A stretch of DNA of 32,000 nucleotides from Nanobdellota archaeon (GTDB taxonomy: Archaea; Nanobdellota; Nanobdellia; Nanobdellales; Nanobdellaceae): the NCBI GenBank assembly GCA_042850255.1, contig AP031373.1, forward strand, positions 480,001-512,000, in the 5' to 3' direction. The notes beneath the pieces were generated by a model. It worked only from the letters and a program-made list of their open reading frames with translations. It made no database searches and was not told the origin of the DNA. Shown here in pieces: positions 24,847 to 32,000 of the stretch. Each line of letters starts with the position of its first letter. Within the stretch, counting starts at the first letter, position 1. A program made the translations under genes and the position numbers.

Positions 24847-26123
24847 CCTCCCCATGGGAATGGATAATTATTAGAATTTTGATTATTATTAGAATTTGTA
24901 TTAATATTTACAGATGCTGATGCTTGTGTACTAGAATTATTTTTAGCAATTGAAGATCTTTCTTCTCCTTCAATTTCCATTATACTAGAATTTAATCCTT
25001 CCTCCTCTCCAATTTCTACTTCTATTTTATATCTTATTTTATCAAAATGTTCTTCTTCAACATTTTCTTGAAATCCTTCACCTACTGATCTAACCACATT
25101 CCAGTCGTCCATTTCCAAATTATTTTGTAAGGACATTAAATAAGGAATTGCTGTAACATTTCCAGATTTTAATTCTTGAATTGTTTGTTGTAATGATTGA
25201 TTTAATTGTGGTAGTACTGTACAAATTGGTAATGAATTATTTGTTACATTACATATTAATGCAAATTTATATACTAATAGTACTTGTTGATCTATTAATC
25301 TATTTATATGCTTTTCTATAATATATGATACATTTATATTATTATTTCTATATTTCATAAAGTCGTCATCTATTTCTTTTTCTAACTCATCTTTTTCTAA
25401 TGTAACATTTACTGGTTGATTTACAACATATGGTACTATACAAGCTCCATGTAATTCTCCTATAAGTAAATATCTTATATCCTCCCAAGAAGTATTATCA
25501 GTAATATTTACATATATATAGCTATTACATTGTACAGAAGGAGTAATATTTGGGGTATATATAGTATATTTAATACCTAAGCTATTTAATTGATCTGTAA
25601 TATTTCCTAAGTCTCCAATATTTCCAGTAAATATGTATACATTACTTACGTTTAATTTTTCTAATGTATAAACAGTTTCTGTAGGTAATACACCATCAGG
25701 AACAATCAATAATGGTATATTATTTGATTCTGCAGTTTCTACAGCTTCTGTTACTAGTTTTAGTTTATAACCTTTAACATTATGATTTACAAGATCTCTT
25801 GTAATTAATACTGCAGAACTGGAACTATTCCAGAAATATAATGCAACATCTGCAGATGTATCATACCTTGTTGCTCCCCAAATCCATGTATATTTTATAT
25901 CAGATTCATTTAAATCTTGTAATAATAAATTTGATATTACTGCAGGACCTCCTATTACAATTACATTTGTTACATTATTTTGTAATAACATTTGTACCGT
26001 TTCATTTATCGATGACGGATTTTGCCTTACAGTATAAATTGGTATTTTATATACTTCCCCTACTACGCTAGCTGTTATATAATCTGCATATGTAATATTT
26101 GTAACCAAGATTGCAGTAACCAT
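24843..26123 (-). CDS. putative surface glycoprotein with cell-wall-binding repeat 2 (CW_binding_2)-like modules
   Basis: 426 aa. ADYITASVVGEVYKIPIY...VIVIGGPAVIS...WGATRYDTSADVALYF resembles the PF04122-type repeat. It carries about 18 N-x-S/T sequons and an Asn-rich C-terminus. Confidence 0.5.
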   Translation of the reverse strand: MVTAILVTNITYADYITASVVGEVYKIPIYTVRQNPSSINETVQMLLQNNVTNVIVIGGPAVISNLLLQDLNESDIKYTWIWGATRYDTSADVALYFWNSSSSAVLITRDLVNHNVKGYKLKLVTEAVETAESNNIPLLIVPDGVLPTETVYTLEKLNVSNVYIFTGNIGDLGNITDQLNSLGIKYTIYTPNITPSVQCNSYIYVNITDNTSWEDIRYLLIGELHGACIVPYVVNQPVNVTLEKDELEKEIDDDFMKYRNNNINVSYIIEKHINRLIDQQVLLVYKFALICNVTNNSLPICTVLPQLNQSLQQTIQELKSGNVTAIPYLMSLQNNLEMDDWNVVRSVGEGFQENVEEEHFDKIRYKIEVEIGEEEGLNSSIMEIEGEERSSIAKNNSSTQASASVNINTNSNNNQNSNNYPFPWGG

Positions 26124-26170
26124 TAATGTTTAATATATTTAAATTTTATAAATATTTAATATATAAGAAT

Positions 26171-27037
26171 TTAAATATTTTCTAGTATGTTACTAATTTT
26201 TTGATATAAAATATTCTCATTTTCATAGCTAAATCCTGCAGCAAATTTATGACCTCCTCCATTTAATTCTCTAGCCATTTTTCTTACATCCTTATTATTT
26301 AAAGTCCTTATTTCTCCTCTTTTTGATTTTTCATATAAAGTTATTATGAAATCTGGGTTATCTTTTAAATAATTTTTTATATATTCTAATATATAATTAG
26401 AAGGTATATTTTCTTCCATTTTTATTATATAAGTTTTATACTTTCCATTAATAATTTTTATATTCTTATCTAACTTTAAATATATCTCATTTAATTTTTT
26501 TCTAAATTTTTTTACTATATCATAATCAATTATATTTTTTATATTTTCTTTCAATAATTTTTTAGCAATTGAAATAAAATATATTTCAAATGTTTTTTGA
26601 TAAAAATATCTTATACCTACGATCATATCTAAGAAATCTTTTTCTAGATCATTTTTTATTTCTCCAGAATCTATATCATCTATAATATCCAAATAATCAA
26701 TATTTATATTAAGATATTCTGACAATACTCTAGCTGCAGATTTGTATCTTTTTATATATACATTTATTCTCGAAGTTAATTCATTATAATTTTCTTCATG
26801 ATGATCTATCCAATATACTTTTTTAAAATATGAAGATAAATATATAGATTCCTGATTTATTGCAATATCTGTTATATATAATTCATTATTTTTATCATTA
26901 TCTTCTATTATTTTTAATAATGTTTTATTTATTAATCTAGGACTTGAAAAATATACTTTGAAATTATCTCCAAATTTTTTATATAATATAGATAAACATG
27001 CTATCCCATCTATATCCCAATGGGTAATATTTATCAT
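26171..27037 (-). CDS. DHH-family phosphoesterase (NrnA/RecJ-like, DHH plus DHHA1)
   Basis: THWDIDGIAC (motif I), WIDHH (DHH motif) and GGGHKFAAG (DHHA1). The track ORF starts at a TTG (27103). The ATG at 27037 sits just before motif I. Confidence 0.7.
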   Translation of the reverse strand: MINITHWDIDGIACLSILYKKFGDNFKVYFSSPRLINKTLLKIIEDNDKNNELYITDIAINQESIYLSSYFKKVYWIDHHEENYNELTSRINVYIKRYKSAARVLSEYLNINIDYLDIIDDIDSGEIKNDLEKDFLDMIVGIRYFYQKTFEIYFISIAKKLLKENIKNIIDYDIVKKFRKKLNEIYLKLDKNIKIINGKYKTYIIKMEENIPSNYILEYIKNYLKDNPDFIITLYEKSKRGEIRTLNNKDVRKMARELNGGGHKFAAGFSYENENILYQKISNILENI

Positions 27038-27067
27038 TATATAAATTTTTAATAATAGTTTATATAA

Positions 27068-27346
27068 ATGGTCGAAGTATTTGTTGTACACATGCCTTCT
27101 CAAGAGAAATTAGAAAAGGCAAAGGAAACATTAAATAAGGTGGTAGAAATGGCAAAAAATAAAAAATTACCCCAAGGATTAAAATTAAAAGAGATGTATT
27201 TTGATGATAAAAATAATGTTGCAGTTTGTAAATGGGAAGTAGATGATCCAAATAAATTAATGGATGCTGCAAAACAATTAGGAGTAGATTGGGATATAAA
27301 AGTATTAGTAGATCCTAAAGAATTGTATAAGAAAGGTTTATTTTAA
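27068..27346 (+). CDS. hypothetical small protein
   Basis: 92-aa ATG ORF, divergent from the DHH gene. No family recognised. Confidence 0.4.
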   Translation: MVEVFVVHMPSQEKLEKAKETLNKVVEMAKNKKLPQGLKLKEMYFDDKNNVAVCKWEVDDPNKLMDAAKQLGVDWDIKVLVDPKELYKKGLF

Positions 27347-29587
27347 TTTTTTATATTCTTCTTCAAATACCTTTTTTATTCTTTCTGCTTTCTTTTCTCC
27401 TACTATATTTTCTAAATCTGTTTTATTTGCTAAAAATATATTTTTTAATGATCTAAATTTTTCTAATAATTTTAATGCTAGGTTTTCTCCGATTCCTGGT
27501 ATAGTCTTCAATATTTCTAATTTTACTTCATCTAAATCCTCAAAATTTTTAACTTTTTCAGGTATTTTTGGAAATTTCTGATAATTTTTTGCTAATAAAT
27601 ATAAATAGTTGGCAGTTTCTAGAAAATCTTCAGTTCTTATTATCGGTATTCTATATTCAAGCATAATCTTTAATATTAATGTCCTTAAATAATTTATTGA
27701 AAATTCTGTACTTATTCCCAAATTATCTTCATTACCTTCTAAAATTAATATAGAATTTTTATCTTTTAATTTTTCCAATTGATTATATAGCCTTCCATCT
27801 AATAATGAGTTTATGAAATCTAATATATTTTTTCTCTCAATAATATAATCTCCTATTATATAATCACCGACATCTAAGTTTTCTAACTTTACTAATATAT
27901 CAGTATTTGCTAAAGTTTGTATAACCCCTGATTCTTTTTCTTTATAATCAGCAATTATTGTTGGAACATCAAATTTATTATTTAATACAGTATTTTCCTC
28001 TTTTTTAATCTCTTTAACAGTTTCTTGAGTACCTTGAGATATAAACTTAATTATTCCTTCTTTTTTCTCTAATTTTTCTTTTTCCATTATATTATTTTTA
28101 CTTTCTATATTATCATTTATTCTAAGATATTTTTTTAATCTTTTAATTAATAAAAACATCTTTTTTTCCTTTCTTATAGCAATCCAATAAAATCTTTCAT
28201 CTAATGTATTTTTTGTAACTAAAATTATTACCCTCCCAATTTCTCCTCTTCCAGTTCTTCCTCTTCTTTGTATATACCTTATTTCAGATGGTACAGGTTC
28301 ATAAAATATTACAATATCTACTTTTGGTATATCAATCCCTTCTTCACCAACTGATGTTGATAATAAAACATTAAACTTACCTTCTGCAAATTCTTTTAAT
28401 AATTTAACTTGCTCTGTTCTATTCATTTCCTTTTTTCCTACAAATTTTCTACTATTAATATTATTTTTATCGCAGTATTCTTTTATTCTATCTAAAGTTT
28501 TTCTTATTTGTGCAAAAACAATTATTTTCTTATCTTTATTTTCTTTTATTATTTCAATTAATTTATTTAACTTTGGATGCTCTATATTTTTATTTATATA
28601 TTCTTTAGCTAAATATATTGCTTTTTTTATCCTTAGATCATTTAATACTTCATAATCTGCTCTAGTTTTTTTGAATTGATTTTCCAAATCTTCAAAGTAT
28701 TTTATAAAGGTATATAATGTTTGGGTTTCTAATACTTCTAATGCATGAGAAATCTTTAATGTTTCTGCAAGATTCTCTAATATTTCCCTTAATTTATAAT
28801 TTCTTTCTCTTATTTGCATATTCTTCTTTATTTCTTCTATCCATTCTAGTATATCTTTTTTTCCTTTTCTTATTTCTATGGAAGGATCTAATTCTTTTAT
28901 TCTATCTATTCTAATCTGAATAGCTTTTTCTAACAATTCCTTTATTTGTTTTAATTCATTACTTAATTCTACCTCTATTTTTTCTACTTCTATATCCTTA
29001 ATATATGGAGCTATATCATTTTCTTTTCCAGTTCTTATTTCAATATTTTTTATATATAAATTATTTATTACTTCTTGTATTCTATCTATATTCCAACCTG
29101 GTGATGCGGTTAAACCAATTATCCTTCCATCTTTTGCTTGTTCTACAAATTTTTTAGCTATAAAAGTATAAGAATATTTTTTTACTGCTCTATGAGCTTC
29201 ATCAAATATTATTGTAGAAGCATCATAAAATGTTACTTTTCCATTTATTAAATCATTTTGTAATGTTTGTGGTGTTATGAAAAATATTTGTCCTTGTTTA
29301 TATAAATATGTCCTTCTCTCATTATGTATATCTCCAGTAATTAATATACATCTATCTTTATATTCTGGAAATAATTTTATGAAGTTGTTATAATGTTGAG
29401 ATACTAAAGGTTTTGTTGGTGCTAAAAAATATATTTTTTTATTTTCATACTGTTTCAATCTTTCTATAATTAAAAAAAATGCTATTATCGTTTTACCAGT
29501 ACCTGTAGGTAATATAACTAATGTATTATCCCTTAAGCATGTATCTAATATATTTTTTTGGTATTCTCTTAATTGAATAGAAGACAT
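27338..29587 (-). CDS. hef: Hef/FANCM-like helicase-nuclease (SF2 DEAH helicase, ERCC4/XPF nuclease and HhH2 domains)
   Basis: 749 aa. LPTGTGKT, FDEAHRA and RRGRTGRG are helicase motifs. The ERCC4 core is GDYIIGDYIIERK. The C-terminal HhH is IPGIGENLALKLLEKF. Confidence 0.85.
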   Translation of the reverse strand: MSSIQLREYQKNILDTCLRDNTLVILPTGTGKTIIAFFLIIERLKQYENKKIYFLAPTKPLVSQHYNNFIKLFPEYKDRCILITGDIHNERRTYLYKQGQIFFITPQTLQNDLINGKVTFYDASTIIFDEAHRAVKKYSYTFIAKKFVEQAKDGRIIGLTASPGWNIDRIQEVINNLYIKNIEIRTGKENDIAPYIKDIEVEKIEVELSNELKQIKELLEKAIQIRIDRIKELDPSIEIRKGKKDILEWIEEIKKNMQIRERNYKLREILENLAETLKISHALEVLETQTLYTFIKYFEDLENQFKKTRADYEVLNDLRIKKAIYLAKEYINKNIEHPKLNKLIEIIKENKDKKIIVFAQIRKTLDRIKEYCDKNNINSRKFVGKKEMNRTEQVKLLKEFAEGKFNVLLSTSVGEEGIDIPKVDIVIFYEPVPSEIRYIQRRGRTGRGEIGRVIILVTKNTLDERFYWIAIRKEKKMFLLIKRLKKYLRINDNIESKNNIMEKEKLEKKEGIIKFISQGTQETVKEIKKEENTVLNNKFDVPTIIADYKEKESGVIQTLANTDILVKLENLDVGDYIIGDYIIERKNILDFINSLLDGRLYNQLEKLKDKNSILILEGNEDNLGISTEFSINYLRTLILKIMLEYRIPIIRTEDFLETANYLYLLAKNYQKFPKIPEKVKNFEDLDEVKLEILKTIPGIGENLALKLLEKFRSLKNIFLANKTDLENIVGEKKAERIKKVFEEEYKKLK

Positions 29588-29614
29588 AATATAGTAATAT
29601 ATAAAAATTTTATA

Positions 29615-29920
29615 TTATTTTAAATATTTAGTTATATTTTCTTGAACATCGTTTTGAAAAATTATATTAAAATAATTCTTATACTTTTCTATTATATTTT
29701 TATCTATATTTCCAATTATTATTATATTCATTTTATTTTTCTTCTTAAATGTTTCTTTATACTTTTTTAATGCTTCTAAGATTTCCTCTATATTATTTTT
29801 ATCTTTTACTATTTGATTAATATACCATAATAAATCTGGATTTCCATTAATAGAGATTTTATTATCAATTCTTATCAATAAGCTATATCTCATAATATTT
29901 TTAGATTTTAGGATATTCAT
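29615..29920 (-). CDS. hypothetical protein
   Basis: 101-aa ATG ORF overlapping the trm1 3' end by 20 nt. An alternative ATG at 29893 would remove the overlap. Confidence 0.35.
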   Translation of the reverse strand: MNILKSKNIMRYSLLIRIDNKISINGNPDLLWYINQIVKDKNNIEEILEALKKYKETFKKKNKMNIIIIGNIDKNIIEKYKNYFNIIFQNDVQENITKYLK

Positions 29921-30983
29921 AAGTTTTTATACCATAATCTGAAAAATGAGTTCTACATCCGTTATTATTTTTTATAATTTCATCTATTTTTGGTAAATTT
30001 TTCTTATAATATGAAGAAATTTTTCTTATATCATAATAGTACCATATATTCATTTTTGAGTCACATTCAAAAATTCTATTAAATATTTTTTCTTCTTCCT
30101 TATTTATATCTATTAGATTTAAATTTTCTTTTATTTTTTCTAAAAATCTATTATCATATAAATTACCTATATATATTGGTCCTAATTTTTTCATATCACT
30201 ATTACATATCTTGCATTTTTTATCTTCCAAAGATTTATATCCACAATTATTACAATAATAGATTTCCTTTATATTTTCTAATAAATATTTAATATCTTTG
30301 CTTTTTCTACTTTTTATAATATATATCCTATAATGATGTTTATAATAATAAGCAAAAATTGGTATAAATGCAATATCATATTTTAATCCTTCTATTATAA
30401 TATATTTTGCTAAATTTCTAATACCAAATTCTAAATAAAAATCTGTTTTTATTCCTATAGTATTATATTTTCTTAAACAAGATTTAGATTTAGAACCAGA
30501 TAATGATGATACATCTGTAGCAGTTATTCCAGCAATACCATAATTTTTTAAAGATAAAGGTAATAATTCTATAAAACCAATGGGAGTACCAAATGGATCT
30601 ATATCTATATAATCAAATTTTTCTTTTATTAATAATTCTCTACAATCTTTATTTAATATCTTTATGTTTTCATTTAATTCTATGTTATTTAATTTAATAT
30701 TTTCCAATATATTTTCATAAGCTTCTTTTTTTATATCATTTATATATATTTTATCTATTACTTCAGGTATTTCTTTTATTATTCTAATAGATCTTATCCC
30801 AGTAGCACTCATACAATCTAAAATTTTTAATTTTTTTCTAAATAAATCATAATAAGATTTTAATATTAATATTGTTGTATCTCTATTTATTTTCATTAAT
30901 GGATTATAAAATACTGGTAATTTTGAAGAAAGTTTATTTAAAAAATCTGGATTATAATTTATTATTGCTTTACCTTCATTCAT
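29901..30983 (-). CDS. trm1: tRNA (guanine26-N2)-dimethyltransferase Trm1
   Basis: 360 aa. VFYNPLMKINRD, DCMSATGIRSIR and the Cys4 cluster CNNCGY...CKICNS match the Trm1 pattern. Confidence 0.8.
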   Translation of the reverse strand: MNEGKAIINYNPDFLNKLSSKLPVFYNPLMKINRDTTILILKSYYDLFRKKLKILDCMSATGIRSIRIIKEIPEVIDKIYINDIKKEAYENILENIKLNNIELNENIKILNKDCRELLIKEKFDYIDIDPFGTPIGFIELLPLSLKNYGIAGITATDVSSLSGSKSKSCLRKYNTIGIKTDFYLEFGIRNLAKYIIIEGLKYDIAFIPIFAYYYKHHYRIYIIKSRKSKDIKYLLENIKEIYYCNNCGYKSLEDKKCKICNSDMKKLGPIYIGNLYDNRFLEKIKENLNLIDINKEEEKIFNRIFECDSKMNIWYYYDIRKISSYYKKNLPKIDEIIKNNNGCRTHFSDYGIKTYEYPKI

Positions 30984-31347
30984 CTAGATCTACATATATT
31001 GTATTTTCTTTTTTAATTATTCTTAATTTATATTTTGTTGGAGGTTTTTTAATTCCTCTTGACCATATATAATTATTTAACTTTATAGATAATTTTACTT
31101 CATTACCTTTATATCTTTTCTTAATTATTTCTTTTATTATCTTACTAGCTTTTTTGGCTCTTCTATATAAAGGTGTCCTTAATATCCATTTTCTTATATT
31201 TATCTTTATATGGAATTCCTGAATATTTTCTTGTTTTGTTTCTTGATTATTTACTTGTTGTAAATTTTCTTGATTAGTTTGTTGATTTTGTTCTTGAACA
31301 TTTTGTATATTTGTTTGATACATTTGAGTAACAGTTTCTTCTGGCAT
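30976..31347 (-). CDS. rpl31e: 50S ribosomal protein eL31 with a Q/N-rich N-terminal extension
   Basis: The core IKINIRKWILRTPLYRRAKKASKIIKEIIKKRY...LNNYIWSRGIKKPPTKYKLRI matches L31e. The track ORF starts at a TTG (31431). The ATG at 31347 (MPEETV...) is the more likely start. Confidence 0.75.
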   Translation of the reverse strand: MPEETVTQMYQTNIQNVQEQNQQTNQENLQQVNNQETKQENIQEFHIKINIRKWILRTPLYRRAKKASKIIKEIIKKRYKGNEVKLSIKLNNYIWSRGIKKPPTKYKLRIIKKENTIYVDLDE

Positions 31348-31382
31348 TATGATATTTAAATAACAAAATCTTATAAAGCAAT

Positions 31383-31907
31383 ATGCTAAGGAAATTTTAC
31401 TATATTCTACATCCAAGACCTGCATATGCAATAGGTTCTGGTAGTATGGATAATAATGAAATAAATTTTATGAGTGCTTCATGGGTAATGCCCTGTGATG
31501 ATGCAATTAAAGCAGTAGTTTTAGCATGTGAAAAAGAAAATAGAACGTTTGAATTAATAGAAAAATATAAACAATATTCTGTGAATGTTATAGATGATTA
31601 TAAATTATTATGGAAGTTAGGAACAAATTCTGGAAAAAATATAGATAAAGTAAAAGAATTTAATTTAAAAGTAAAAAGAGGAAATAAATCAGATTTACCA
31701 GTATTAGAAAATGCTTTAGCAGTTATAGAAACAGAAGTAATTAATTTTATTGATGTAGGTGATCATAGATTATATATAGGAGAAGTTGTTGATTATTACG
31801 GTGATGTAGAAGAATATGGATTAAGAGAATTTTGGAAGGTACCTTTACATAAAGGAGGGAAGGCTTTTGCTTCTATTAATAAATATTTAAATTTTATAAA
31901 AGATTAA
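31383..31907 (+). CDS. flavin reductase-like FMN-binding split-barrel protein
   Basis: 174 aa. LHPRPAYAIGSG...NFMSASWVMP...YSVNVI...GDHRLYIGEVVDY matches the flavin reductase domain pattern. Confidence 0.65.
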   Translation: MLRKFYYILHPRPAYAIGSGSMDNNEINFMSASWVMPCDDAIKAVVLACEKENRTFELIEKYKQYSVNVIDDYKLLWKLGTNSGKNIDKVKEFNLKVKRGNKSDLPVLENALAVIETEVINFIDVGDHRLYIGEVVDYYGDVEEYGLREFWKVPLHKGGKAFASINKYLNFIKD

Positions 31908-32000
31908 TATTTTTTTATATTTTCTTTTGCAATTCTTAAAACACCCATTAATAATGAATATTCTCTTTTACTAATCATTGCCTTACCTATTAAATTTTTT
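31904..32000 (-). CDS. 3' end of an unidentified gene that runs off the window
   Basis: The minus-strand frame is open from the window edge and ends ...LIGKAMISKREYSLLMGVLRIAKENIKKY with a stop at 31904-31906. The fragment is too short to identify. Confidence 0.3.
   Translation of the reverse strand, partial: KNLIGKAMISKREYSLLMGVLRIAKENIKKY

Noticed and set aside
3828-31072. Thirteen track ORFs of 60-102 aa: 3828-4028(-), 5898-6086(-), 10858-11166(-), 13175-13387(+), 14852-15058(-), 15069-15365(-), 15482-15664(-), 16891-17085(-), 23776-23973(+), 25841-26071(+), 27060-27272(-), 28717-28914(+), 30872-31072(+).
   Set aside because: Each lies antisense to, or out of frame within, a longer ORF with clear family motifs (hsdM, hsdS, hsdR, rpl3, rplX, the arlD-like gene, the mutase, Hef, trm1 and others). 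Their translations are low-complexity L/F/I/S-rich strings, as expected from the complement of K/E/N-rich AT-rich coding DNA.
1-32000. CRISPR arrays, rRNA genes, transposases or IS elements.
   Set aside because: There are no regularly spaced short repeats. There is no long G+C-rich RNA-like stretch beyond the two tRNAs, the tRNA fragment and the two sRNA candidates. No ORF has transposase-like motifs.

Overview
This is an extremely AT-rich archaeal window. The only G+C-rich islands are RNA genes, a pattern typical of thermophiles. Compact, overlapping genes and scattered ribosomal protein genes suggest a reduced-genome lineage such as Nanoarchaeota or another DPANN group; this is inference, with no database check possible. 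Content from left to right: (1) trm5 and small membrane proteins. (2) tRNA-Arg(UCU) with a candidate C/D box sRNA just upstream. (3) A roughly 9 kb accessory block holding a six-gene type I restriction-modification operon: hsdM, a PIN-like gene, hsdS, a polytopic membrane protein, hsdR and a DUF45 metalloprotease. Beside it lies a winged-helix gene broken by an in-frame stop. (4) A 46-bp copy of the 3' part of tRNA-Pro that forms a direct repeat with the intact tRNA-Pro(UGG) 1.3 kb away, which looks like an integration scar. (5) Housekeeping genes rpl3, rplX, pfdA and eif6. (6) A partial archaellum cluster (arlCDE-like, arlF/G-like, arlH, arlI). arlI is interrupted by a 482-aa LAGLIDADG intein with an atypical Glu-Asp C-terminus. 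(7) tyrS, a phosphohexomutase and a glycoprotein-like CW_binding_2 repeat protein whose stop codon overlaps a second C/D box sRNA candidate. (8) A DHH phosphoesterase, Hef helicase/nuclease, trm1, rpl31e with a Q/N-rich N-terminal extension, and a flavin reductase-like gene. I saw no rRNA, CRISPR array, transposase or integrase. The leads most worth follow-up are the augmented type I R-M operon, the perfect intragenic repeats in hsdS, the atypical ArlI intein, the two C/D sRNA candidates that share a concerted non-consensus terminal C/D box pair, and the tRNA-Pro att-like duplication.
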